From Candidatus Tayloriibacteriota bacterium (GTDB lineage Bacteria; Patescibacteriota; Minisyncoccia; Phycocordibacterales; PALSA-1337): a stretch of 64,000 nucleotides of DNA. The notes beneath the pieces were generated by a model, which was given only the letters and a program-made list of their open reading frames with translations, had not been told where the DNA came from and did not search any database. Below, one piece after another: positions 1 through 9,820 of the stretch. Position 1 is the first letter of the stretch; every line of letters begins with the position of its first letter. A program made the translations under genes and the position numbers. The stretch covers positions 18,947 to 82,946 of the forward strand of contig JBAXUB010000001.1 of assembly GCA_037129895.1 (NCBI GenBank), read 5' to 3'.

Positions 1-103
1 AGACGGCAGAGCCTTGATTTCAGGATCCCTCGTCAAGTTTCCTATGATATATACTTTGTTTAGGTACATAATGGATATGAGAATTACTAATTGTTAATAT
101 GCT

Positions 104-607
104 CTATTTTACCTCCTTGACCATATCATCAATACTCTTGTCCATATCTTCTATAGATATTGGTGCAACGTCTTTCTTTTCATCTATTACTACCCCTGGT
201 TCCATAACACGCTTTGGCATGATTGCGGCAGCTATCTGTGATGCCCTCTTGCCCAAATATGTGTTTTCCTTGGTTGTGGAGAGAAGTATCATGCGCAATA
301 CTGTAGGAACCAACTCAACTGACTTTTTGACTGATTCTACAACGCTTGAACTCAACTCGAACTTGATCCAACCAAAGTATGCCTTGTCATATTTCTCATA
401 TGAACCAGATACTGTCTTCACCCTCATCGTATAAGCGAGTTGCTCTAGATGTGGTAACTCGTCAGCTATAACTGACGCGCCAGCTTTAGTAATGATGCTC
501 TTTACTTTCTCTGCTTCTAGAGAAACATTCTCCTCAGCAACAGAACCCGCGACCAAGTATCCTATCTCGTAGACCGATATGCGGTCATCAATATTTGTGT
601 CTTGCAT
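104..607 (-). CDS. rpsF: 30S ribosomal protein S6, with an acidic C-terminal tail. The ORF-track N-terminal extension to 982 is probably not translated; an internal Met (MQDTNIDD...) is the likely start.
   Basis: YEIGYLV...LAYTMRVKT...YFGWIKFEL aligns with the S6 pattern YEIVFMV...LAYPINK...YVLMNVE. The upstream part of the ORF is low-complexity. Confidence 0.65.
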   Translation of the reverse strand: MQDTNIDDRISVYEIGYLVAGSVAEENVSLEAEKVKSIITKAGASVIADELPHLEQLAYTMRVKTVSGSYEKYDKAYFGWIKFELSSSVVESVKKSVELVPTVLRMILLSTTKENTYLGKRASQIAAAIMPKRVMEPGVVIDEKKDVAPISIEDMDKSIDDMVKEVK

Positions 608-1045
608 ATTTTGTTTGCACTCAGTGACCCTTAAACTGGGATCCTCTATGTTTTCGACGTCGAGGAACTGACTGCGATTACTTATAATGTAATACGAGAC
701 TACCATAATATTGGCCTCTATGCAAGAGTATGACTCATTCTGGGTGCTTTTCATGCAGGTTGAAAAACACCTGTAAAAGAGGTGCCTAGACGATAGCATT
801 CCATAGATAAAATCCTGATAAAATCTGTATAAAGAAATGATAAAAAAGTAATAAAGAAAAGTATAAAGAATTAGAAATATATTTATGCCAGGGACCACAA
901 CATCTTTATTACAACTCTGCGGATGAAGGAAACTAAATATTTTCTTACTAATATGCGCACCACCAGACAGTCCTCGAGTCACAAAAAGGGTTTCTGTGGT
1001 TTTGGAACATTGGTCCTAGACCGATGGTTTTAAAACGCCAATAAC

Positions 1046-1888
1046 CTAGACATGTAACCCAAAGAAATCAACAGCATTCTTCAATAATCTAGCTGAAACA
1101 ATTTCCTCCGATTCACCGCGAATCTTGGCAATCTGTTTGACAACTTCTATAACATAAACCGGCTCATTCCTCTTGCCTCGATAAGGTATAGGAGTCACAT
1201 AAGGACAATCAGTCTCACTCATCACCCTGTCCAGTGGCACGGACTTGATCAGTTCATCATAATTCCTGGCGAATGTGATAACTCCAGTAAAGGATATACT
1301 ACACCCGATCGCCAAGGCACTATTCATATCATCCATGGTGCCAGCAAAGAAATGGAAATTTGCAGCAACTTTGGCATGTTCTTTCAAGATCGTTATAGAC
1401 TGCTTATAAGCATTCACAGGATCAGAAACACCACTATTCTTACCATTTCTCACATGCAGCATGAGAGGTTTCCCTACATTATTGGCAATTTCAATATGTT
1501 CGATGAATAGTTTCTCTTGATCTTCCATCTCCGCCGAACTCAATACACCTACCGGTGAATGCGTGTGGAAATAGTCCAGACCGCACTCTCCGATCGCTAT
1601 AACTTTTGGATTAGCGGCCAATTTCTGAAATGCCGCTTTATCGAACGGCCCCGCATGACCGTGACCTTGATCACCCCTCACTGTCGTTACATGTGTTGGA
1701 TGCATACCGATCACAGCCCACATATCATCATATTTTTCAGCTAACGTAACACACTTCTCTGACGACTCGAGATCAGTGCCGACCAGGACTATACCAACAC
1801 CAGCATCTTGTGCTCGTTTGATCACTTTTTCCCTATCTGCATCATATTCAGGGAAATTTATATGACCATGAATATCGATGTATTTCAT
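1046..1888 (-). CDS. tatD: TatD-family metal-dependent hydrolase/DNase
   Basis: N-terminal IDIHGH motif and ...GECGLDY... are typical of TatD. Confidence 0.85.
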   Translation of the reverse strand: MKYIDIHGHINFPEYDADREKVIKRAQDAGVGIVLVGTDLESSEKCVTLAEKYDDMWAVIGMHPTHVTTVRGDQGHGHAGPFDKAAFQKLAANPKVIAIGECGLDYFHTHSPVGVLSSAEMEDQEKLFIEHIEIANNVGKPLMLHVRNGKNSGVSDPVNAYKQSITILKEHAKVAANFHFFAGTMDDMNSALAIGCSISFTGVITFARNYDELIKSVPLDRVMSETDCPYVTPIPYRGKRNEPVYVIEVVKQIAKIRGESEEIVSARLLKNAVDFFGLHV

Positions 1889-1905
1889 TTATTTATCAAA
1901 ATCGT

Positions 1906-3390
1906 TTACTTCCTCAAGAACAGTGGACTCTCTGGCATCTTGTTTTCTCGTATATATGTAAGAATCTTCTCAGCGGTTTCTGGTAATAGTGGCAGCAAAA
2001 ACGTCGCAACTTCACCGAGAGATACTACCAATTCAGTTATGAGCTTTTTGCCGCCTTCTTTGTCAGTCTTCACTAGTGAAAATGGTTTTTCCTTCTGAAT
2101 CTTCTGATCGAGAACCGCTATCTTTTCCCAAACAACATTCATGGCTTTTTGGAGATTGAAGCCTTCGATTGCATCGAAATATTCCTTACTATCTAGTTTT
2201 TCATACGAAAGTGGCGCGGGCATATCAGTTTTTTCCAGATTGTCAGCCGCCATCTTCATGATCCTAGATGTTAGATTACCTATACCATTGGCCAGCCCTG
2301 CATTGTATGTTTCCTTGAATTTCTCCATAGTAAAAGGACTATCTTCGAAGGGGTGCAGCTCTTTTGTTACGAAGTACCTGAAAGCATCTGTTCCATATTC
2401 TCTGACAACATCTATAGGATCGACAGTATTACCCAGAGACTTGGACATTTTGACGCCACCCTCACCAGTTACGAAGCCATTGATGACGATAACTTTGGAT
2501 GGTGTGAGCCCCACAGACATGAGCATCGATTGCCACATTGCTGACTGCTGACGCAAGTTGTCCTTGCCACAATATTGAACGACACCACCAGTTTCATTCC
2601 ACCATTTCTTGAATGAAACCATATCATCCGGCCAGCCGATAGTTGATACATAGTTCACCAATGCATCGAACCACACATACATGACTTGAGTTGCATCATC
2701 TGGAACAGGTATCCCCCACGGCATCTTGCTAGCGAGTCTAGAAATGCTGAAATCTTCTATGCCTCTCTCAACGAAAGCACGGATCTCATTCAGACGTGTA
2801 TTCGGTATAACGAATGAATTCTTACTCTCTGCATTCGTATCAGATGAAGATCCTCGCTCATATAGATCCATGAGGGGCTTTTGATATAGACTGAAACGGA
2901 AGAAATAGTTCTCTTCATTAATTATTTCGATTTCCTGCAATGGATGGAGCGGACACCTTCCATCGACTAGTTCTGACTCGGTTTTCTCAAGTTCACATCC
3001 TACGCAATATTTAATGGAATAATTCTTCTTATAAATGAGGCCGTTCTTGTTGGCTAACTTCCAGAACTCCTGTGCCGCCATAACATGATGTGGATCGGTC
3101 GTACGAACAAACTTTATATCTGTGCTTATGCCGAGTAATGGTAATATCTCACGAAATTTATCAGATATACCGTCCACATATTTCTGTGGATCCAAATGCG
3201 CTTGAGCAGCCTTCTGGTAAATCTTTATTCCATGTTCATCTGTACCTGTATTGAAAAAAACATCATAACCCAACAGTTTCTTATACCTAGCGATAACATC
3301 CGCACGTACGAATTCCAATGCGTGGCCAACATGAGCTTCTGCATTTACGTATGGTAAAGTCGTCGTTATATAAAATGGTTTTTTTGTCAT
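1906..3390 (-). CDS. metG: Methionyl-tRNA synthetase, lacking the C-terminal tRNA-binding domain
   Basis: HIGH-region AHVGHALE and the KMSKSLGN motif are present. At 494 aa it is the short MetRS type. Confidence 0.9.
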   Translation of the reverse strand: MTKKPFYITTTLPYVNAEAHVGHALEFVRADVIARYKKLLGYDVFFNTGTDEHGIKIYQKAAQAHLDPQKYVDGISDKFREILPLLGISTDIKFVRTTDPHHVMAAQEFWKLANKNGLIYKKNYSIKYCVGCELEKTESELVDGRCPLHPLQEIEIINEENYFFRFSLYQKPLMDLYERGSSSDTNAESKNSFVIPNTRLNEIRAFVERGIEDFSISRLASKMPWGIPVPDDATQVMYVWFDALVNYVSTIGWPDDMVSFKKWWNETGGVVQYCGKDNLRQQSAMWQSMLMSVGLTPSKVIVINGFVTGEGGVKMSKSLGNTVDPIDVVREYGTDAFRYFVTKELHPFEDSPFTMEKFKETYNAGLANGIGNLTSRIMKMAADNLEKTDMPAPLSYEKLDSKEYFDAIEGFNLQKAMNVVWEKIAVLDQKIQKEKPFSLVKTDKEGGKKLITELVVSLGEVATFLLPLLPETAEKILTYIRENKMPESPLFLRK

Positions 3391-3400
3391 CTGGGATATT

Positions 3401-4501
3401 CTATACTACCTTGCCCACCTTATCTAGTGCTGCCCTCTCTGCCCTTTCGGCGTTCTTGTATTTCTCTATATCATGGATATATTCCATAAGTGCAGCCGAC
3501 AGAGGCACAGCGATGAGCGCACCCAATACTCCAGCGAGTTTCGCGCCAATAACTAAGGCAAGTATGACGACTATAGGAGAGATGCCCACGATCTTCTTGA
3601 CCACCAATGGATAGAATACTTGGCTTTCCAATTGGTAAATTATGAGATACAAGCAGACAACCAATATTCCTATACCGACTCCACGATCAGTGAAACTAAC
3701 GAGGATCGCTGGCACAGAGGAAATGATCGGCCCAAAGACCGGTATGATCTCGAGTAATGCAGCGAACAATGCCAATATGAGAGCATGTTTGACTCCTACG
3801 GATACGAGCATTATATACACGAGAACTCCGACGACTATTCCCAATATGATCTGCCCTTGTAGCCATAGAGCGATCTTACGCTGTGATCTCTTCCATAGAT
3901 CTATGATGTAATCATGATGTCTAACCGGTGCAACGATACGCAAGAAATCATCTACTCCATCCTCTTTTACAGCTAAATAGAATGACAGAACAATGATCAA
4001 AATGAAACTGAATAGACCGCCGAATATTGTACCAGCTGTTTGGAAAGCATTATCACTAGTACCGACGATCAAGGACTGTAAATAACTAACAAAATCTACA
4101 AGCGATAAAGTGTGTGAGCCGAGACCGTATGAGGATTGTCCTAGAGATACACCTGTGCTACTGATCGGACTCCACAATTCCTGCAAAGATATCGTCTCAG
4201 GTAATGACGAGACGAAGTTCATAGCATCTCGGACAATGATAGGCATGAAGAATATCAATATACCGGCCAAGAGTGCTGACGCAATGATATATACCGTGAT
4301 AACAGTGGCGACTCTATGAATCTTGCGCCTTTTCAATCGGCGGATGAGTGGCTCTATCGTCGATGCTATAACCACGGCCGCAACAACCACGAGGACGATA
4401 TCAGAAAGATAATATATAGCCGCTAGCAATATTAGAATGAGGAAAAATCTAATGATCGTTCCCGTATTTATCACGATGTGACTGTGTTTGGGAGTATCCA
4501 T
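3401..4501 (-). CDS. AI-2E family transporter (PerM-like membrane protein)
   Basis: Multi-TM protein with an LLEIIPVFGPIIS motif typical of the AI-2E/UPF0118 family. Confidence 0.75.
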   Translation of the reverse strand: MDTPKHSHIVINTGTIIRFFLILILLAAIYYLSDIVLVVVAAVVIASTIEPLIRRLKRRKIHRVATVITVYIIASALLAGILIFFMPIIVRDAMNFVSSLPETISLQELWSPISSTGVSLGQSSYGLGSHTLSLVDFVSYLQSLIVGTSDNAFQTAGTIFGGLFSFILIIVLSFYLAVKEDGVDDFLRIVAPVRHHDYIIDLWKRSQRKIALWLQGQIILGIVVGVLVYIMLVSVGVKHALILALFAALLEIIPVFGPIISSVPAILVSFTDRGVGIGILVVCLYLIIYQLESQVFYPLVVKKIVGISPIVVILALVIGAKLAGVLGALIAVPLSAALMEYIHDIEKYKNAERAERAALDKVGKVV

Positions 4502-4528
4502 AATATCTGATTATATCACACCCCTCAT

Positions 4529-5818
4529 CTATATATGAAAATACGACTTGAAGACTTCTGGATCTTTGAATTTACCGATAATGGCCATATTGAGTCCCCT
4601 ATTAACGAAAACTTCATTCGCCAATGCCTTTATATCTTCTGCGGTTACAGAATCCACCTTCTTCATGAATTCCTCCGGCGTATCTATCTTCCTCTTCAAG
4701 ATTTCCTGAAAACCACAATACTCCGCACGTGACTCCGATGTCTCAAGTTCGAGTAATGTAGTGCCGGAAATATAATCCTTGACCTTCTTCAATTCACCGG
4801 CACTGACGAGATCGGTTTTCAATATTTTACATTGATTCAATATCTCCTTTATCGCCTCCTCGACTCTGGCATTATCTACACCCGCCGAGATAGTGAGGTC
4901 TCCATGATCTGTGAACGGATCGTGTGAAGCACGAATGTAATAACATATACCGAGCTCATCTCTCATCTTTGAAAATAATCTCGAACTCATACCCCCGCCG
5001 AGCAGGGTTGTAAGTACGGTCATAGCTGGTATTCTCGGATCATTGATAGAGAACGTTCTCGAAGCAATCACGAGATGTGTTTGATCAGTTTCTTTGAATA
5101 AAGTCTTAATGGCCGGTTCCTCCTGGGACTCGACAACTGGGAGCTTCGGCTTATTAATATCGGTGGCAACAGTCGCGAACATCTTCTCTATTTTGTTGAT
5201 CGTGGCCTTTTCATCGAATGATCCGGAAACCAATACTGTCGTAGCAGAACTCACGTAATGATCCTTCCTATAGCTAACAAAATCAGCACGACCAAAAGAT
5301 TTGATATTATCCTCAGTACCCAAGACACTCCAACCTGCAGGACTATCGCCAAACATAAGCTCCGACAAGACTTCATGAACTCTGCGTTGAGGAAGATCGT
5401 TATACATGCGTACTTCTTCGATGATCACACCTTTCTCTTTGTTTATCTCTGACTCATCGAAAAGCGGATTCATATACATATCTGAGACAATATCCAATAT
5501 TTCATCCAAACGATGTGACGCCGCTTTGGCATAGTAGCCAGTGAATTCTTGAGTGGTAAAAGCGTTGTACTGAGCACCCACTGAATCTAATTCGCGAGAT
5601 ATATCGCTGGCTTTTGGTCTCCTCGGTGTACCCTTGAAAACCATATGCTCCAAGAAATGAGATATGCCATTCTGTTTCTTTGTCTCATATTTCGAGCCAG
5701 CTTCAACCATGACTAATACTGTGACCGAAGGATTCTCAGCCATTGGTACAGTAACGACTCTAAGTCCGCTTTTTAATATTGTTTTATTGAATTTCATATA
5801 TTCTAACAAACTACTCAT
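4529..5818 (-). CDS. M16-family (insulinase/pitrilysin-like) zinc peptidase
   Basis: Inverted zinc motif HFLEHMVF (HxxEH) near the N-terminus; about 430 aa. Confidence 0.8.
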   Translation of the reverse strand: MSSLLEYMKFNKTILKSGLRVVTVPMAENPSVTVLVMVEAGSKYETKKQNGISHFLEHMVFKGTPRRPKASDISRELDSVGAQYNAFTTQEFTGYYAKAASHRLDEILDIVSDMYMNPLFDESEINKEKGVIIEEVRMYNDLPQRRVHEVLSELMFGDSPAGWSVLGTEDNIKSFGRADFVSYRKDHYVSSATTVLVSGSFDEKATINKIEKMFATVATDINKPKLPVVESQEEPAIKTLFKETDQTHLVIASRTFSINDPRIPAMTVLTTLLGGGMSSRLFSKMRDELGICYYIRASHDPFTDHGDLTISAGVDNARVEEAIKEILNQCKILKTDLVSAGELKKVKDYISGTTLLELETSESRAEYCGFQEILKRKIDTPEEFMKKVDSVTAEDIKALANEVFVNRGLNMAIIGKFKDPEVFKSYFHI

Positions 5819-7151
5819 TCCCTATGCCGATTTTTTGCTTCAAATATTTGAGCAGATCAGCTTCGGTAACTCTCTCCTGTTTACCTGAATCACGATCTCG
5901 AACAGTTACACCTGTACCTTTCTCTATAGTCTCAAAGTCAACAGTGACGCAGAGTGGCGTACCGATCTCATCTTGACGACGATAACGTTTTCCTATATTG
6001 CCATTATCATCATAGTCAGTCATCGGTATCTCCTTCTGAATCGTCTTGAATATCTCCTCTGCTTTCTTTATGAGCTCCGGTTTATTCCTTAGCAACGGAA
6101 ATACGGCCACCTTATAAGGTGCTACCCTCGGATGAAGCTTGAGATATGTTCTCTTGTCACCACCTAAGTCATCTTCAGTATATGCATCACAGAGTATAGC
6201 GAGTACTGTCCTATCTAGTCCGAATGATGGCTCTATACAATGTGGTATGAATCTCTCTTTGGTTTCTTCATCATAATAGGAAAGATCAACTTTACTGAAA
6301 TCAGAATGCTGTTTGAGATCGAAATCTCCACGATAGGCCAATCCATATAATTCCTTTTTACCAAAAGGAAAATCAAACTCAAAATCGATAGTTCGTTTCG
6401 AATAGTGTGCACGGTCAGCCTGTGCCACTTCCAACTCGTGGACTTTGGAAGCGTCTAGCCCGACATCGGCCGTGAATGCGAGAACTTCTTTCCTGAAATA
6501 TTCAAATGATGTCTCCCACAGTTTTGGATTGACGAAATACTCTATTTCCATCTGTTCAAACTCGCGAGATCGGAAAAGGAAATCCCTAGGCGCTATCTCA
6601 TTACGGAAAGCCTTTCCTATCTGTGCCATACCAAACGGTAGTCTCGGATGTTGAGTGTCCAATACATTCTTGAAATTCACGAACATTCCCTGTGCAGTCT
6701 CTGGTCGTAGATATGATACCGACGAAGCGTCTTGGATAGCTCCAACATGAGTCTCGAACATCATATTGAACTTCCTCTCTTCACCCAAGTCTCCACCACA
6801 ATCTGGACACTTCTTTTTGTTAGTAGCATCACCTTCTATCTGATCGGCACGAAATCTATGCTTGCATTTCTTGCACTCGACGAGTGGATCAGCGAAGCCT
6901 GATGCGTGACCACTAGCTTGCCAGACTCTCTGATTCATGAGGATGGCTGCATCAACTCGGAACATGTTTCTCTTCCCCACAACGAAGCGGCTGTACCAAG
7001 CATCTTTGATGTTAGATTTCAACGCTTCTCCGAAAGGACCATAGTCCCATGTACCGGCTAAACCGCCATATATCTCTGAACCTTGGAATATAAAACCACG
7101 TCGCTTACAAAGTGCGACTACCGCATCCATTTTGTCTTCTTGTTTATTCAT
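5811..7151 (-). CDS. glyQS: Glycyl-tRNA synthetase, class II alpha2 type
   Basis: N-terminus ...RRGFIFQGSEIYGGLAGTWDYGPFG... is characteristic of dimeric GlyRS. Confidence 0.9.
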   Translation of the reverse strand: MNKQEDKMDAVVALCKRRGFIFQGSEIYGGLAGTWDYGPFGEALKSNIKDAWYSRFVVGKRNMFRVDAAILMNQRVWQASGHASGFADPLVECKKCKHRFRADQIEGDATNKKKCPDCGGDLGEERKFNMMFETHVGAIQDASSVSYLRPETAQGMFVNFKNVLDTQHPRLPFGMAQIGKAFRNEIAPRDFLFRSREFEQMEIEYFVNPKLWETSFEYFRKEVLAFTADVGLDASKVHELEVAQADRAHYSKRTIDFEFDFPFGKKELYGLAYRGDFDLKQHSDFSKVDLSYYDEETKERFIPHCIEPSFGLDRTVLAILCDAYTEDDLGGDKRTYLKLHPRVAPYKVAVFPLLRNKPELIKKAEEIFKTIQKEIPMTDYDDNGNIGKRYRRQDEIGTPLCVTVDFETIEKGTGVTVRDRDSGKQERVTEADLLKYLKQKIGIGNE

Positions 7152-7196
7152 ATCGCTATTCTACACTTAAAAAGGTAACAGTGACAAGTATAAATA

Positions 7197-9131
7197 CTAC
7201 TTCACCACCACACCATCTCCATCATTATATATTGGGTCTGTACTGAATCTCGTTGAGAGCTCCTCTTGTGTACTAGTCAATTGTGTTCCTGTAAACGCAT
7301 CTGCCGCAGTTAGAGATGTCTGATTGACCAGAGTTACTGGCTGACCGATCTGGTTCACCGCTGGAGTAACTGACAATTGGAATGATACTTCTCTCCTTCT
7401 CAATGAATTCAATGTATAAGTACCAACATTTCCAACTACCCAAGTGACGCGACCACTATTCGGGTCATAAGTAATATTTTCATTACTTGGATTGAAGACG
7501 TTTAACCATTTGACTGAAGGCGGTAAAGTGGTTGTAACTTGTGCATTTCCAACAGCGTTTGAAGTATTGTCTACATTCCATATTATTGTGAAAGTTGAAG
7601 GCTGTTCTACTTTCGGAGGTATTGGTCCAGTATTCACGAATGGTCCAACACTACGCACAACTCTACCAGACAGGCTCACGCTAGAAGAGACTCTGATATT
7701 ACGTGCAACCACTGAATGCAAATTACTAGAAACACTAGTCTCCTGTGTACGATCTCCAGAAACACTCGTCGATAGAGTCACCAATGGATTGGTTACAGCC
7801 CGAACCGAGGAACCGAAATCTCTTGGAGTGAGACGGAAAGATACAGTACCTTTAGACCCCGCTCCTACACTAGCGAATTCTGGATTTGTTTGTTGATTCC
7901 AGACGATCTCATCTGAACTGGAGTTAAAATATCCTCTATCAGGCGACACCTTGGTCTTGTCATATGCAGAACCAGATAGTTTCAATGTAATGATTAGATT
8001 TGATACAGATACTGGCAGATTGTTGACCCAGCTCACCTCTACCTGATCTTCTTGTCCGAACTGTCCGACATAATCACTATTTGAACTGTTACCATTTATT
8101 GACATAACCAACGATATGAAAGGCTTTTGCACGGTCATATCCTGCTCCGCTGCAACATATTGAGTCCCTATGAGCGTAGCATCTGATACACTCGTTGCTC
8201 CTGCCGTGAAGCGAAAGACTTTCGTATCACTATTTTCTCCCGTCAGTTTGCCGTGAATCGTTACTACCCTCTCCGCACCAGCTGGTATATCACCGATTTT
8301 CCATATCGTATTGTTTGTCTGTGGTTTCAAATCAGCAGATATGAAGGTGAAGCCAAATGGATACTGAGATTTCAATAATATATTTTTCAATGTTTCTTGC
8401 GAGTTTGATTTTACTTTTACGGTCATATCGAATTCTTGACCAGATGACACTTCTTTATATGAATCAACCGTTAAGCTTATCGGTGATGAGTTGATGAGGA
8501 CATCATAAGTCTTGCTCTTGGTAAAAAGTGAGTTTGATCCTTTGACTTTATACGTAACATTGACGGCGATCGTCTTCTGCATATTTTCTTCACCGAATAT
8601 TATGGCTCTAACTATTTTCTCCGACGACTTGCCAGCCGCCAAGTCACCAACCAATTCATGATAGGTCTTCATCTCCTTCGTCGAATCATTGGGGTCTGTT
8701 GTGCCTGCTGGGAAATCAACCGCCAAGTCAGCCGTCTGTAAGTCAACATTATTTCGATTCGTCACAATGACGCCGAAAGATACTGGCGTACCGCCAGGTA
8801 TAGAAACTGGACCATTGATACTGATATCTATATTGTCTGCCGAAATGAGATTGGCACCATTTAGAAACAAATATGCTCCGAGACCTATAGCGATGACACA
8901 GAATATTACTGAACCGATCAATATCTTCTTCAAATATGACATAGAGTGATCTTCGAAATTTTGGTTAAGTGTCGTCTCCACAGGCTTCTCTACCGGCTCT
9001 TCCCATGAAGTCTTCATCTCTGACGGCTTGTCATTGAAGCGCAGCTTGCGCCTAGTTCGCACGTCAGGAGCACCTCTCGAATACAGAGATTTCTTCAATT
9101 CTTCAATGTAGCTTTTATCTTCTGACTCCAC
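7197..9131 (-). CDS. Large membrane-anchored surface protein: N-in, one TM, Ser/Thr/Asn/Val-rich beta-like ectodomain. Function unknown.
   Basis: Single TM ILIGSVIFCVIAIGLGAYLFL after a charged N-terminus. The remainder is a low-complexity beta-rich extracellular region. Confidence 0.5.
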   Translation of the reverse strand: MESEDKSYIEELKKSLYSRGAPDVRTRRKLRFNDKPSEMKTSWEEPVEKPVETTLNQNFEDHSMSYLKKILIGSVIFCVIAIGLGAYLFLNGANLISADNIDISINGPVSIPGGTPVSFGVIVTNRNNVDLQTADLAVDFPAGTTDPNDSTKEMKTYHELVGDLAAGKSSEKIVRAIIFGEENMQKTIAVNVTYKVKGSNSLFTKSKTYDVLINSSPISLTVDSYKEVSSGQEFDMTVKVKSNSQETLKNILLKSQYPFGFTFISADLKPQTNNTIWKIGDIPAGAERVVTIHGKLTGENSDTKVFRFTAGATSVSDATLIGTQYVAAEQDMTVQKPFISLVMSINGNSSNSDYVGQFGQEDQVEVSWVNNLPVSVSNLIITLKLSGSAYDKTKVSPDRGYFNSSSDEIVWNQQTNPEFASVGAGSKGTVSFRLTPRDFGSSVRAVTNPLVTLSTSVSGDRTQETSVSSNLHSVVARNIRVSSSVSLSGRVVRSVGPFVNTGPIPPKVEQPSTFTIIWNVDNTSNAVGNAQVTTTLPPSVKWLNVFNPSNENITYDPNSGRVTWVVGNVGTYTLNSLRRREVSFQLSVTPAVNQIGQPVTLVNQTSLTAADAFTGTQLTSTQEELSTRFSTDPIYNDGDGVVVK

Positions 9132-9179
9132 GTGTATATTTTACAACTAATCTGGATAAATCACCAATTGTTCGACCTA

Positions 9180-9806
9180 TTACAGATGCGACTCCTGCAA
9201 CGCTTTATTGATATGTTGATTGATTATTTTCCTTTTCAAGCTTACCCGATCCAACAAATCATGAGTGATCCCGCCAAACCTGATCTCTTCACCAATATCT
9301 TGATCCTTACCAATATATCCCAATAAATGTAGGACCCTATATACAACGATCGATTCCAATGAAGCTAGACGATCAATATCTTTTCTATCAATTATTAATA
9401 TATTTAATAAAGACGATTCCAGAGAATCGAATAACTCTGGGTGTGGATCCTCGCCTTGGAGAAATCTCTTGAGTAATAGTGCAACCCTAGCTACTAGATC
9501 ACGATCACCACCTCCCTCACTACCCACTTTCTCCATTCCCTGCGCACTCGTCAATCTCCAATATTCTTTTCCCCTAACGAATGAATACACCCCCCAAGAA
9601 TAGTCCTGTATGAAATACCTCAGTTTTGATTTCTCCAATCGTATTCCTTGCGCAGTCGCAAAGATCAAACCAAAATCGCGAGTAAATATTGATAATATTT
9701 TTCCCGCATCGCCGTATGGACGTGAACCGACAACAAAACCAGCTGTAGTATGTATTGCATGCATGATGATTCTGACTTGCGACCAGACGGCTAAACCGAT
9801 AGCCAA
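9180..9806 (-). CDS. recO: DNA repair protein RecO (start may be the internal Met at 9764)
   Basis: N-terminal OB-fold pattern GFVVGSRPYGDAGKILSIFTRDFGLI resembles the RecO segment eaiVLrrrpyGEsd.il.lltre.G. Confidence 0.55.
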   Translation of the reverse strand: MAIGLAVWSQVRIIMHAIHTTAGFVVGSRPYGDAGKILSIFTRDFGLIFATAQGIRLEKSKLRYFIQDYSWGVYSFVRGKEYWRLTSAQGMEKVGSEGGGDRDLVARVALLLKRFLQGEDPHPELFDSLESSLLNILIIDRKDIDRLASLESIVVYRVLHLLGYIGKDQDIGEEIRFGGITHDLLDRVSLKRKIINQHINKALQESHL

Positions 9807-9820
9807 CTCGAACTGGCACT

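Noticed and set aside
99-434. 111-aa plus-strand ORF
   Set aside because: It is antisense to the ribosomal protein S6 gene and low-complexity. It is the mirror frame of a real gene.
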